A stretch of DNA of 64,000 nt from the human T2T-CHM13v2.0 reference genome, Homo sapiens, in NCBI RefSeq assembly GCF_009914755.1, contig NC_060926.1, one strand, 5' to 3'. Numbering within the stretch: position 1 is the stretch's first letter; each line of letters begins with the position of its first letter. Positions 1 to 14,246 of the stretch are shown here, piece after piece. The notes beneath the pieces are model-generated. The model did no database searches. It was given only the letters and a program-made list of their open reading frames with translations, and was not told the origin of the DNA. Both the position numbers and the translations under genes were made by a program.

Positions 1-2718
1 TGCCCTTGGTCTACTATCTCCAGGCTGGCTAGGGAGGCCTGTTTTGGGGAGGCCAAACTGGGCAGGGGTTCAAGATGCCCAACATCCCAGCACCCACCCC
101 CGGTCCTTGCACACCAGCCCCAGAGCCCCTCAACAGGGAACATGGGCTCTAACTGCAGGGATTGGGGGTGAAGCCTGTGGTGCTTGCTGTCCCCTCAACT
201 CCACACTGTCACGCAGCCCACCACAGGCAAGGGGCAGAGTGGGCCAGGAGGCATAGGAAGAACCTCAGAACCTTTGCAGGAAGCAGCTGGGTGCGGACCT
301 GGTAGGCAGTTGAGCCACGGGTGTGAGGGAGGGGCACAGTGCCAGGGCAGAGCGTCGGGCTCTTGGTTCCTTACACATTGGCAGGAAGGAGGGGGCCCCT
401 GCGAGTGGTCTGCGCCCACGCCCCAGGCCAGAGGACACAGCTTCCTGATCCCCCATTCTGGTGTCAGAGAACTCCCCGACTCCAAGTATCCCAGGCCCTC
501 AGCATCCCAAGAGACCATCCAGGTCATCGCCTCTAACCACATCCCAGCCCAGGAATCCTTCCAAGCCCTTATTCGGCCTCTGTCTAAACTCCCCCCAGTA
601 CAAGATGCTCTCCACCTTACAAGATAGCCCATCCTCCTGCTGACCCACCAGGGTCCTTAGGAAGCTCTTCCTTCACCTGAGCCAAGATTCCACCTCTGAG
701 GCTCCTCTCCCTTAGACCAAACAAAAGTTCTTTCTGGCCCCCCTTGACTCCTGCTCCTATCTGGGTAGAAACAGGAGCCTGAGGGTCCCCAAACTCCAAG
801 GCTTCAGCCACAGCCCATCAGAGGCCAGAAGTTGGTCTGCAAAACAATAACATCTTCTCTGAACCCATAAGCATCCCAACCCAGCCCCGCTCCACCTGGC
901 CACCAGGTTCTCTGTGCTTATACTTCCTGGACACCACCACCTCCCTGGGAAATTCTTCACTGGGGCCTTGCGGGAAGTGAAGTGTGAAGAAGCATGGGAT
1001 GAGGGATGGGGAAGCAGAGCCAGAAGGGCTCAAGGCCAGGCGCCTGGAAGCAGAGGGTCCCAGGTTGCCTCCTCCACCGCCAAGAACCCTCAGCTCCTGG
1101 TTACAGTGCTGGCTCCCAGCCCTGGTGCTCGGCCGGACTGGCCGAGACCCTCCCCAGCCTGGTCCAGCCCACTGCTCTCCAAATCCCTGCCCTCCATGGG
1201 CAGCAGAGTCCAAGCCAACCCCAAGTTGGGTCTCCAGTGCTGATCCCATTCGGGTCTCTCCCCCCAACCTCTCCATCTCAATCCACATCCTCCCTCACTC
1301 CCTTCCACAACCCTGGGCCAGAGGTTTCAGGCAAGGGGTGCCCCAGCTATAGCAAGTACTGAGGTCCAAGGAGAGCTGTATTCAGGCTTACAGGAGTGGC
1401 CACCAGCTGGCAGGGGCAGGTGCAACTTGAGGTCACATGTGAGCCACCATGGTCTCCACCCACCCCAGGCAGCTTCAGGAGGGGAAGAGAGGGTGCTCCC
1501 CCTACACCTTCCCCACTGCTGCCACATTGAAGAGGCAGCTGGGACTTCCAGAAGAGAAGCCCTTGTCTCCAAAGACCCTGGCACCCTAGTTTCCAGGTCC
1601 CCCTCCTATTCTCACCCCCACAACCGCCTGCCTGCCTGCCCTCCTCCTCCATCTCCTCCCCACCCAGCACCCATCCTATCCCCCAACCCCATCCCCTCCC
1701 CTGCAGGGAGCCCAGCCTGGGAGCACAGCAGGCTTCTCCGGGTCCCCCCTATCACCCCCACCCAGTTTCCTCTTCTAGAACAGTAGCCAGCCTAAAACAT
1801 CTGGGCAGGCAGTCCTGGCCCAAGTCCTGGATTGGGGGTTGGGGGACTGACACTGAGGTCAGCTCTGTATGGATTCTCCAGCCTGGGAACGGGTGGCAGG
1901 CAGGGCATCAGAGTCAGAGGACAGGAGGGGTGGGGGGAGAGGGAGGAGCAGGGGGAAGGCAGCTGCCCCTGTCTGTTCATTAACCACCTGGATTAGCCAT
2001 TTCTGCCCAGAGGGGTGAGGAAGGAGTAAGGGCTAGTGGTTGGAGAGGGCAGAGGGGGCACTTCTGCCAGTCTGTGCCCATGGGCAAGGGAGCAGGGCCC
2101 ACACTGAGGAGTGGAGATGGGAAAAGTGCTTTGAACCCTAACCTTGCCAGGCCTGCCAGCCCCTCCCTGCAGCCAAGGTCAGACCTCAGGGAGCTAAGTG
2201 AGCCCCTAGAAGAAAGGTGCCCTCACAGCAGCTCAAGTGGGTGGCAGGGAAAGAGATGAAGAAGAAAAAATACTCATCCCCCTGCAATGGGCAGGCAAGT
2301 AGCAGAAGAGACTCCCAAGCTTCCCCCTCCCTTGGTCCCTGTGTCCCTCCCTACTCCTGTAGCTGGCCTCAGTCCCAAGCAGCCACTGACACCAGCAACT
2401 TCCCCAGCAAACGAAACTCCTTCTGACTGGTTGCTCTCTCAGAGCAGGGACAAGCCGCACCCCAGACATCCCTGCCAGAACCACAGAAACATCTGAAGAC
2501 AGGGGACTGACAAGGTTGGCCTCTGAACAGCTTGCCTGACCCAGAGACATGGGAACAGGCAGGCTGACCTCACCTTCTCCTAATCTGATCTGTGGTCTTG
2601 ACAGCATCAGTATCAACAGCCCAGCAGCCCTGGCCGGCTCCATTTCCCTCTACACACAAATATAACACGCACACTCACACACACGTACACCATCACACAC
2701 GCACATTCATTCACTCAC

Positions 2719-2950
2719 CTTTCCTGCAGAGGAGCCACTAAGTCAGGTGGGTGTCTGGGCCAAGGGACTCCCAGGACAGGGGCGGTGGCCAGTGGCGGAG
2801 GCAGCAGCTGTGGCTGGCAAGAAGCTGGTTTCCCCCAGAAGAAGGCAGCGAGTGAGCCTGTGTCCAGGCAGGGAGCGGGGTGCAAGGAGCAGAGCTGGTC
2901 CCAGGGCCACTGCTGGGAGCAACTGAGCAGAGGGCTCTGCTAGTCGGGTT
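2719..2950 (-). other. TNS1: Probable alternative non-coding first exon (internal promoter; isoform lacking the C1 domain)
   Basis: Perfect donor AAG|GTGAGT (GT at 2718-2717). The region is GC-rich, has no minus-strand ATG between 2719 and 3034, and has a GC box (ggggcggg, ~2970) just upstream. This fits recalled shorter TNS1 isoforms. The 5' end is approximate. Confidence 0.55.
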
Positions 2951-4327
2951 CCCTCCCAGGCCAGCCCAGGGGGCGGGCCAACAGTGCACCGCCTCCTTCC
3001 CGGAGCCAGCCAGCAGTGGGCCCCCTCCGCCAGCCATGGCCTCCTTTAACCCCTGCAGTGCTCTGCTGGCTGCACTCTAGCTGGCTCTGGGAAGGCCGTG
3101 TCAGGGCACAGACACCTGGGGCAGGAGATCACCAGGGAATGTGGCTGCCCCTCCTTCAGCCACTGGCCCAGCAGCTTCCCTGGGGACAGGACGGGAAGGG
3201 CCAGAAGGCTTGGGGGACAGGGGTGGGGAAGCGGGCAGGGAGGGGTCAAGACTCTATAGAAAAGACGCAGGTGCAGAGAAATGGCCAAAGGGCTTCTGGG
3301 TGGAGAAGAATGTTTGCTGAGATGGTGATGATGATAATAATAATAATATAGCAACTCTCAGCTTTTCTACAGCACTCTGCTTTCCGCTGTTTCCAACTCA
3401 TTTTGTGACTGGAGGCCAGGAATCTCACTTCTGAACCTGCTTTTTTCTTAGCTGTCAAATGTGAGATAGTAATCTCTGCTGTTTTCTCTGGGCTGAGTTA
3501 GGACATTTGTGACTGTACATTCAAAAGTCATTTAAGCTGAGCTCCAGTTAATGAAATACATGCTTCAACTCTCTTTGAAATGGATCAAAAAATAAGATGG
3601 ATTGGCAGAAATGTGATAAAGCAAATATATCAAAGTGTTCATTGTAGGAGTTTACCATATAATCATTTCAACTTTTGTACATGCATGAAGTTTTCCATGA
3701 TAAAAATAATGGGGGAAGTGATGTGAAAAGTTTAGAGCACCATATGAAAGATAAAAGTGAAGAAGCAGATAGGATTATTTAGAAAGGAAGGGGAAAAGTT
3801 ATTTGCTACACACCTATCAGATGCTGGCCACTAAAGACTATTAACTCTCACTTAGTCTTCTAATCACCCGGTTATTATAGCTGAAGATCGTGACCTCGGA
3901 GCACAGAGGTGACTTGTGGAAGTCCAAGCAGGACTGTGCGGAGGACCTCACACCTGAACCTGGCTGGCTCCACAGCCAAGCTCCACACCACTCAGACATC
4001 CAGAGGTTGAAAGGCCCTTCCTTCTCTTCCGCATCTGGGTCAGTGGCCTGCACCTCCGAGCCTCAGTTTCCTCTGCGACAGAAAGGTCTTTAAGAACTTT
4101 TCCGGTCTTAACACACACTAATTTTATTAATTCAGCCAAACCCTTCCCCAGGCTTCAGTTTTCCCCAGAAGTACAATGACAGGGGAGTCCCTGAGAGGGG
4201 ATATGATTTTGGAGCATGTGGGGCCAGAGCCACAGGGAGATGGCCAGTACTTTGGAGGGCTGCCTCGCCCCCAGTCAGAGACAATGAAACCCTTGGGGAT
4301 AGGGGAGAGAAGGACAGCTTCTCAGGA

Positions 4328-4337
4328 CCTTATATGG
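4328..4337. promoter_or_regulatory. CArG box (SRF site) CCTTATATGG
   Basis: Exact CC(A/T)6GG match about 1.4 kb upstream of the putative internal first exon. Confidence 0.55.
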
Positions 4338-5179
4338 GGAGGGCAGAGATAGAAGCATCGCTCCACTCATCCTCTGCCTCCAGAGCAAGATTTCGTCCTC
4401 TCCTAGCTGGAAAGAGGGTCTGGGTTCTGAGTCCCAAATTCCAGCATCCAGAACCCACCAGCTTCAACAGCAGCCTCAATCTGTGAGAGTGTGGATGCTG
4501 TCCACAAATGGCAAGGATGGTGAAAGCAGATGGACTATGGGGACACTTGGCCTAGTCCTCCCTAGCCGTCGGCCCAGCCTCAAACCAAGTCTCCCACTCA
4601 CTGGTCCCAACTCTACGGCAAAGGTGACCCCAACAACATTATCCTCCTTAACCCCTACCTGCCACCCCCACTGCAGACTAAGGGCTCCTCTGGGGCTTGG
4701 GTCAGCTCTGCTTAGATGAGGGAAGTTAGGGGATCCCGGGTCAGTTTCAGCTCTCTAGAGGTGGATGTGGGGATTGTGCTATAAAATTAGAACCCCTCCC
4801 ACTAGCAGGTATCCGGAACAGCAGAATCCTCCATCTTCCCCTTCTCTTCCTTCCAACCCACATCCGTATTATCCCAACGGACATCAAAGCGTCCCAGCTC
4901 CCCACTGCCTGCTACTTCCAGTCCAAGCTCTGCAGTGGAACATCCCAGCCTTTCCAACCTTGTCTCCTTCCATCCTCCAACTTTGACGGTCAGGCCTTTC
5001 TCGTACACCATTCCCTCTCCTCCCTATCAGCATTCAGGGCTCAATTCAGAAGCCATCCTCCCTGGATCCTTCTCCAGACTCACCACTTGGTGGGCACTGT
5101 CCCCTCCTCTGAGCACCTGGGGCTTCCGCGGCTCACTAACGCCCTGACATGCAGTGGGTCAGGTGCACTTCTATGGCTC

Positions 5180-5189
5180 CCATTTTTGG
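5180..5189. promoter_or_regulatory. Second CArG consensus CCATTTTTGG
   Basis: CC(A/T)6GG match. It lies next to an L2 remnant, so it may be incidental. Confidence 0.3.
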
Positions 5190-5788
5190 AACGATAAGGG
5201 ATTTGTTCATTGTCTCCCTTCCCCTTTCCTCATTTGGTCAGTGCCCAGCACAAGGCTGACACATAGTAGAGTCTCAATAAGTGTGGAATGAATAAATGAA
5301 TGATGAAGAGATGGATGGATGGATAATCAGTTCATGATTGAATCAAAGGGCATTTTAAAATGCTTAATACAGCACTAGGCTGTACCAAAGATACTCATAT
5401 GAAGACTTTTATTTTTGAAGCTATATAATCGCAGGCAGAAACACAGGCTTTGCTAGGACCCAGGACATCCCAGACACATCCCACAAAGGTCTGTGACAGA
5501 TTGGGCTGGGAGACGGGGCGACCTGGAAGACCCCTCCTCCAGCCACTCTCAGGAGACTTTGGAGGTTACACTATCCATCCCCTACCCCATCATCACCCCT
5601 CTTTCCAGCCTGCCTGCTCCAGCACCTGGGTATAGAACTATAAACCCAGCAAGTCCCTTGAAACCTTAAGAAAGGAAGTCAACAAGCTAGAGGATTTCAC
5701 AGAAAAAGAGCAGCTTTCCTCCTTAATTCTAAGAGCTGTCCCACAGCCCATCATCTACCCTCAGCTCTCCCCAGTGTCATTTCCACCA

Positions 5789-5791
<3 letters not shown>

Positions 5792-5849
<58 letters not shown>
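5792..5849. repeat. Compound microsatellite (CT)n(CA)n
   Basis: Seen directly in the sequence. Confidence 0.97.
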
Positions 5850-5854
<5 letters not shown>

Positions 5855-8800
5855 AACTGCTCTCTGAACAAGTCTGCTCAGCCCCCTGGCTCCCTCCTCC
5901 CAACTCTTCCTTCCAAGCCCCTGAGGACCAGGGTTCCCAGGGTCTCCACCTCCCATCCCCAGCCTCCTCCCCACCTCCTTAAGCCAACCCATGCTCCTCT
6001 CCTTGTCCCTACCTCCCTCCCTCCCACCCCAATGCAGGATTGCACATCTGGTTCCAGTTGCGGTTGGTCCCTTCAAGGGTAGGCCTGGGGGTTTCTCATA
6101 AAACTGAATAATACCAGCCTTGGAGCCCGATGGAACTTGGGGGAGGGAGGGCAGGAGGCTGAAGGGGTGGGGGAGCAAGAAAAGAAGACAGGGAGAAAAG
6201 AGGTGAGGAGATACAGAACCGAGAAAGGAGATGGCAGTGCCTGGCATCGAGCAGGCGCCCAGTGGATGCCTGTGAGCTGCAGACAGAGGCTGCAGAAACA
6301 GATGGCAGGAGAGCCAGGAGCAGAGAGAATGGGACAAAGAGGGTGTCAGAAACAGAGACCCAGAAGGAGGAAAGAGATGGAGCTGGGGGTGGCGGGACAG
6401 AGCCTGGAGCAACAGAGAGGCCATTGAGGAGAGCAGGGAGCAATGAATTGTGTGTGTCGGGGCCAGGTGCTGAGTTAGGCACTTCCACTGGAAGAGAAGG
6501 GACGCGACAGAAAGGGGACAAAGGACACAGAGAAGCAGAGAAGAAAGGCGAGGAGAAAGTCAAGAGAAAGATGGGGCAAGGTCCAAGCTTCGTGAATCCA
6601 GTTTTCCCTGGCCTCTCAGCCCCAGCCCCACCCAGGGCCCCTCAGTGGCCGGGACAGGAAGGGGAGTTCAACCCAGAGATGCCTTCATTTGTTCCTTCAT
6701 TTCACTTTAATCAACATTTAAGCTCCTGCCCCGCGCCAAGCTTTTCCCATGTGCACTCCACACAGATGCGCGTGAAAATGTGGAAGTGCCTATGATTCTC
6801 ACCTCAGTCTTAGAGATGGGCTCAGAGCAGTGAAGTTAAGCAAAAGCACAAAGCGGCTAATGAAAGAGATAGAATTTCAATGCAGCTCTTCCAACTCAAG
6901 CCCATGTCACCAGGTAACACAACTAGGAATTCCAGGTCCCAGCACTACCTCCGGAGGGCACCACATCACCCGACTCCCACACTCAAGGAGCCAGACTCTC
7001 AGGTTCTTACAGCACTAAGGTGAAGTTCCTCTGAGCTGCGCTAAAAGCTGACAAGATTCCCAGCAGGGAGGGGTCGGTTCCCCAACTCTTCCTGTGATGG
7101 GTGGGAAGTGTTAGTCTCTGGGGCAATTACTGGAGCCGCCTCCTCTAGCACCCTGGGCCCTCACTCTCTTCTTCCCCCTCCATCACAGAGAAGGAAGGGC
7201 CACATGCCCAGGTCCCAAGGGGAGAGGCCACTGGGGCACCGCTCTGCTTCCTTCCCAAGATGTCCTGGGGCAGAGGCTATTCTGGGCCTCTGAATCCTGC
7301 TAGGCCCAACACACCCCATAGGGAGCCAGGCCCCAGGGGCCACTCTAGGCATGCAATGTCTATGCATTTGAGCTGTACCTTCCCTCTTCTGACCATGCCC
7401 TCCCCGCTACAGCTAGAGATGAGTTCGGGCTGTCTCCCAGGGTGCTTCCATCTCAGGATCACCCCCTAGTGGGGCCTCCTCACTAGGGCTCACTCCAGAG
7501 ATGACCCCAGAAGCCACATTCACGCTGCTGCCCTGAAGCCCCCCATCCTTGCCCTTCCTTCCTAATGTCAGGTCTTCTTCTATGTCTCATCCTTAAAACT
7601 CAGGCCAGAAGGAGGCAGGAGTAGGGGCACCCCCTGCTCACCACTGTGTCCTCTATGACATCTCATTGGCATGCATCTGCATTTGCATCCTCTCTCAAAG
7701 TGCAGAAATGTGCACAGCGCCAGGCCCTTTGCTGCACATCCCCACCTCGGGAAGGAGAAGTGCTGGGCTTTCCACATTCCAGCTTCCTACTCAGATTTGT
7801 ACCATAGTGTCAGGGCAGAGGATGGAAAGGGAAGGAGAGTCGGGGGAAAATGGCCCACCAACAGCTTATCCCCAAGGCACACACTGGCAGCCCCTCCCTC
7901 CTCTCACCCTGCCTGTTTCTAGCCAGAAGAGCACTTGGGTTCAGCACCAAGAGCCTCAGACTAGGAGTCAAGGCCTCAGGTTCCAGCCCGACTCAGCCTC
8001 CAACGCCCTTGGTGACCAGAGGAAATTCTCAGTCCCTCTTGGATTCGATCTCCTCATCTGATGGCCTTAAGGTCTCTTGGAGATGCCCGGAAACATGTTT
8101 CTAGGCAGACGTTGGTCCTTGGCAGAAAGTACTGCACACAAACCCCTGTCTCCCCTGAGAAGCATAATTTTAAAGCAGGAAGGACCCTGGGGCTCTAGCT
8201 GCCTCCAGGGCAGGGTTTCCCTTGGACCTATCCCTGCAGAGACCACTGGCATCAGCCTGGATTCCTTCAGGGAGCCCTCCTTCCCATAGCATCACACCTA
8301 CCATCCCAAACCCATTATTTTGAGGCTTCTAGACCAGATAACTGGGGAATCCCCAGATCTAGACTATCTGTATCTCAGGAAGGTGTTGGCAGGATCCCTG
8401 ATGAAATTCCTGGAGACAAGAGAGAAAGCTGAGTAGATTCCTAGCCAGCAAGCAAAGGGGTGTTGATGAATAGATCAATGTCAACTTCCTGACTTGCCAA
8501 AGGGCTCCATCCTCTGCCCTGGCTTGTTCAACATACTTATCAGTAACTTAGGTTACAACTTAGAAGGGAGGCTTACCAAGCACACCAAGGAACAAAAAAA
8601 AAAGAAAAGAAAAGAAAAAAGCACAGGAAAAGCTAAGATGCTGAAGTGAACTGAAATGCAAAGCTGACTTTATAAATGAGCCAGAATTAGCAAGGGAACA
8701 TTTTTCTTGGGGTAATGTCCAAAACAAGGGTTCCAAAGCCATAAAAAACCTGAATCGATAAGAGTTCATACAGCAAAAGGTCTAAAATTTATTGAAAACA

Positions 8801-10219
8801 GAAATTCAGTTTAGCTAACAGTAGGATATGCTTGCCCCCAAAAGGCACAGGCACTTTTGGTTGTATTAATGGAGGTTTAGCATCTAGACCAAAGGAGATA
8901 AGAATTCTACTCTACTCCACCAGACACCATCAGAAATGTCAGTTTCTTTTCTGTACCCTATAAGCCAAAGAGCATCCAGAGGAGGACAGCAGTAGACACT
9001 CAGTAAATATTTGTTGAATAAAAACCACAAGGAAAGGTTAAAGAAACCGAGCCCAATTTTTATTTCAGATAATAAAAAACACAGCAAGCACCATCAGCAC
9101 CTTGAAAAAATTGTCTTGGGAAAGTGAACCACAGCAAATGCCACTGCCCACGTGCACCTCCACTGTCTCTCTGCCCCTTCATCTGTGAACTCCTTGAAGC
9201 CTAGGGCCATTTCCCATTCATCTCTGAATGGCCAAGAGGTAGAAACTACCAGGAGCAGCTGCTAGGAACAGGATAACATCCTGACAAGGCCAGGCCTGTG
9301 GGCCCTGGTCACTGGGGAGCGTGCTGGCCACACCCCGAGAGCTGACCTTTAGCCAAGCTGGCTCCTGGGCTGGGGGAGGTGAGGAGGTCTGGCTGGTGGC
9401 GGAACACTTGGCTCACATGTGCTGTCCCAGGTAGGCCCTGGTGCTGGCCAGCTGGTTCCCACTCCCTAGGCCTCCCCTCCTGCCACCATCTAGTAGCCCT
9501 ATGGAGACCGATCCTAGCCAGGCATCCTCGCCCAAAGCCCAGAGCTGTCCACTGGCCCAGGTCCAAGTCTGGTTCCTCTCTCTCTTCTTCTCTTCCTTCT
9601 TCTGTTCCCCTCCCTCCTCTGCTGTCACCCGCACGGCCCTCTTCCTCCTCTGCACTCTTCTGCGCAGCACCTTCCTTCCCCTCCCCTGCTTCAGTTTACC
9701 CCTCGGCTCACTTTCCATCTCCCCGAGCCCATCCTCCAGGGCTCTGCTCATGGCCAATCTCCCTGCCCCGGGCTCCGAGGGAAAATCTCCCCGTTGCTGC
9801 ACCCTCCTCCGCTCCCTAGAGTTTTTAGTGATGTAGCACTTTCAGGGTTGGAGAGAGCTGGAAACTTCCCTCCTGAGGACTTCGGATCCACCCCTATAGA
9901 AAATAATCATCACCTTGCTCCACTTTGAAATGGGGAGCTATCCCTCCAGGGGGAAGGGAATCACAGAAACCTGGCCCCATCCTACCAGGAGTGGAGAAGA
10001 GATCCCAGGCTTTGGAAGTGCACCGACCACATCTGAAGCTGTGTAACCTCGAGCAAGTTATTTCACTGCTCTGAGTACTGAGTGCAAGATCTGGCCTAGA
10101 GCAGCTCTCCATAAATGTTGGCTCCCCAGACATTCTCCTCCTTCAAAGAAGCCGTCACCACCCCCATCCCAGAATTACGATTCATCTCTCTGTCATGTAT
10201 CTCCCTGCCTAATAATGCT

Positions 10220-10370
10220 CAGATTTAGTGAGTGTTTCCCAATTGACATACTGTTCCTAGAGCTTTGTGGGGATTAACTCATTCTAATCCTGCCAGCACC
10301 CCATTGGGTATTGACCTTTATGAATCCCATTTTACAGAGGAGGAAACTGAAGTTCAGAGACATCAGCTAT
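10220..10370. mobile_element. MIR (similar cores at ~11030-11250, 13300-13490, 19060-19150, 23060-23230, 24090-24280, 30980-31160, 36420-36600, 56510-56680, 58140-58340, 59370-59570)
   Basis: MIR core cccattttacagaggaggaaactgaag and its variants. Confidence 0.75.
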
Positions 10371-13300
10371 GTTTGCTACTCCTCTCCTAACTACAGCAGC
10401 TGCAGCAAGCCGGCAGGGCCTCAGGGCCTGGCTGGACCACATTCCAGCATATCAGGGCTCTCCTTGACCTGACAGGGGCTCGCCCGCCCCTGCCTACACA
10501 CCCCAGGCCCTCAGGGCTCACTCCCCATCCTCAAGGCGGCTCCCACCACTGGGGGAAACCTGCTTCCTGGAACCCTTGGTTTTGCTTCAGGGAACAAATC
10601 TCCCCAAAGCTTTATTCAACACACACACACACACAGCCACGCAATCACTGGAAGTCTCCCATAGTGGTAGCTTCACAGGCTAGACGTCCCCAGGTTTTTC
10701 AGTTTCTGTACTCTTCCACATGCCAGGTGCTCAGTGGTTCTTTCTCTGGTTCTGATCCTTTTCCAGTTGGCTCCATCCCATCTGTCCCTCACCCCTTCAT
10801 TCCACAAGTACTTTCTAAGTGCCCGCAGTGGCCCAGGCCCTGTGAGGCCCTCCAGGCAGAACATGAACACAGCCAGATGGGCCCCTGCCCTCAAGGAGCA
10901 CTTGATCTAGGAGAGGGAGCCGCTGAAGGAACAAACACAAACACACAACACAAATCGTGCTGAGTGACCTGAAGGGAAAGAACAGGCGGCCGGAGGGAGA
11001 GACATTTAGATCCCAACAGCTGATGGGCACTTAACATGTGCCAAGCCCTGGTACAGCCCCAGTGCCTGCATTCACTCATTCCCTCCTCTCCCCATACCTG
11101 GGAGTAGATGTTATTCTAACCCTACTTTGTACAGTTGAGAGAGCTCAGACGCAAGAGGTGAAGCCACTTGTCCAAAGTCAATGATAATGAGACAGCAAAT
11201 AAGCAGGGGTGATAGGACTTGATTCCCAAGTTTGTACTCTTAACCACTATGTCATATTGCCTCTAAAAGGCCCAGAGAGGGTTCATTAAGGCCCACTTCC
11301 CAAACCGGTGACTCTCCCGCGCCACACACACACACACACACAAAAGCCAGCAGCAGCCTGCCCAGTGCAGAAGTCAGCAGGCCCAGCCTGGTGAGGACAT
11401 GGACACCACACTGTGATCTTATCCATGTACCCAAATGCAGCACTGGCTTCACCAAGATGGCAGTCCCCAACCTCCAGACTTTCAGCTTGTTCTCCAACTC
11501 GGATGGCGTGGACACTTGACCTTTACGCTGGTAGGCTTCAAGGTGGCTGGAGGGACTGGCTAAAACAACATGAATGGGGCTGATGAAGACCCCTTCCCAG
11601 CAGGGCTTGCTTGAGAAATGGATCCTGGTCTCATGGATGCGAACAGGATTGGGGCAAGAAGGGCCCCCAAATCAGGGAAACAATCACTCCAAGCCCTCCC
11701 CAAGGCCACCCAATCAAGGCTCACAAAATGTTGAGGATTTAGAGTTGAGCAGCCCAGTCCTTTCCTTGTAATGACATGGAAATGAGGCCCAGGGAGGACA
11801 GGTATGGAGTCCCAAAATCACCATAGGGAGGAGCTCAATGACGTCAACCCTAGACAGGGCTCCAGCTCCCAGCCCAGCGCTCAGGCCTCTGCATCACACT
11901 GGTCCCCAGGAGAGGAGATGCTGGCCTGGCCATCTGGGGATGGAAGCAGGAGCCTCACGTCTGTTCCTAATGTCCATGAGGAGGGAAAGAGCAGCTCGGG
12001 CCCCTGGGGCAGTGAGGGATCTGCAGGGCCCAGATGAAGGATGCTTGGGCTCCAGGAGCAGCACAGTCCTGCCCTCCATTAGATGATCCTAGCAGAGGCT
12101 GGGGCGGAAGGGGTGGGAGAGTGCGGGGCAACAGCTACAGCCCCGCCCTCTGGGTGCTCCTCACCAGGGACCCCATGGGTGACTGTTTTCTTGGAACATT
12201 GTGTTCAGGCTGTGAGCCTTGGCTCAAGCAATCTACCCTGGCAAATCTCCAGCTGCCTGTTTAATAATGTACAGCCAATCGGCCATTAACTGCAAATTAA
12301 AAAAATAAAAAGAAAGAAAGAAAAGTTTGGTGGTTATTTCTGTTGTTGGGTTTTGGGATTTTTCTTCCAAGTACTTGGTGGTGGTTGTGAAAAACAAGTC
12401 TCTGGCCAGCGTTCAGGCCAATCATAGCCTGCCCTGGCTGGGGGACCCTGGCAGTTCCACTTGCCTTTGCCCACTCCCACCCACCTCACTGAGCCCAGGT
12501 GCCAAAGAGCCCGCTCCCACCTCCACAATCCTGGTGACGCCCTGGGTCAGCTACACTAGGGGAGCCACAGGGTGGCCTAGGAGGACCGAGGGAGGGGACG
12601 TGGGATGTGCTGGCAGGCAGAGGGAGCCCAGCTCTAAAGAGGCCAGTGCCTCCTAGGAATTCCACTCCCGTCTGGCCTGTGTCAGGAGCAGAAAGTAGAG
12701 CTGGCATGGCAAAAGCAGGTGTGAGGAGCTGAGTGAGACACCAGGTGGCCAGCTGTCCCCCTTGGGTACCTCTCCTGGGTTTCAGCTGTTTTCCATGTGG
12801 GATTCAAGACTTGCAGTCAGATCAGGGGAACCCAAAACCAGAAGACTCAGGAGAGCATTTAGGGCCAGAAGGGGAGACACTGATCCTGTAAGAAGATTCA
12901 AACAGAATGGTCCTGGGCCATCTGCAGAAGCTGGCTTGGGCTAATAAGCCCGCCAGGCTCTCCTTGTCTCTCCAGCCTGGCGAGGTGCTGCCTCCCCAAA
13001 CTTCTAAGCAGAGCGAGGCAGTGCCGCATGTGGAAGGAGGCAGGAGCCAGGGGCTGGGCTCCTAGGGCTCTATTCTGGCTCCCTGGTGACCCTGCCCAGT
13101 CTCATGCCCTCTCTGGGTCTCCATCTTGTTGCTATGCTGCAAGCGAATGAGCTGCGGTCCCCCATCCTGTGTGGGAATGTCAGCCAGAAAGAGACTGCCA
13201 AGGCGAGATGCAGCGCAGCCAGCATGGACCCTAATCCTGATGATGATGGTGATGGCGATGATGCTGATGATGATGATAAGCTATCATCTATGGAGCTCTG

Positions 13301-14246
13301 AGGGTGCTCCGGGTACTCTATCTGGTTTATTCCTCCTGGTAACTAAGCAGGTACTGTGATTATCACCATGATAAACAGGAAACCGAGCTTTGAAGAGGGT
13401 GTCACTTGTCCAAATGTCACAAGGCTAGGGAGTGATCAAGGCAGGAGTTGGACTCAGGCCATCTGGCCTCAGGGCCCTTTACCATGCTGCCTTAGAGAGT
13501 CCAGTGCCAACTCCACTGCCAAGGAGGGTGGCGCAGACCCCACTGTCAAGAGCCCCAGCAGCCCTTCCTGCCCTGCCTGCACATCGTGCTGCTGACCTCT
13601 CCTTCCACCATCCAGCCTCCCAGCCACCCCTTGGGCCTTTGCTTCCTTTGTGTTCCCCAGGCCCCCTGTGGGCTTCCTGCACACATGGTGCCCACACACT
13701 CTCATGAGTAAAGGACCCAAAGATCCACATTGGCAAACACTTGCCCCCACACAGGCACATCGCCACACATACACATGCACAGAAGGGTCCTCAGACACAC
13801 AAAAGATCCATGCACACACTTCCGTGAATGTACACACACACACACACAGGCACACTCATGAGCTCCACCCAACAGCGGCTGGGTGCAGGTACCCACGGGC
13901 TGTCTGGGCAGCCAGAGCCGGACAGGTGTCCGCCATAGTCCCCAGGGGGTTACTCCAAAGAGGAGAAACTGCTGGCTAATAACACTGCAGCACATTCCTG
14001 GGCCAAGATAAGTGGCTCCAGGCATCCTCAGCACGTTCCAGCCTCAGTGTCTCACCCCCGTGGGTTCCACGCCCGCAGTGCCAACTGGGAGGAACTGCAG
14101 AAGGTGGCACCACCAACACAGGTGCCCTGGCCAGGAACCAGCCACTCTCCCTTCTAGCCAGCTTCCCCCTCTCCAGGGGCCCCAGGACCATGTGGGCCTC
14201 AGTTTCCCCTCAGAGACATCCACGCAGGGAAGGAGGGGAAGGTCTG

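Noticed and set aside
5777-6795. Overlapping 155-215 aa ORFs in purine-rich sequence
   Set aside because: They arise from GA-rich low complexity and microsatellites, with no splice or domain support. The same applies at 50926-51742.
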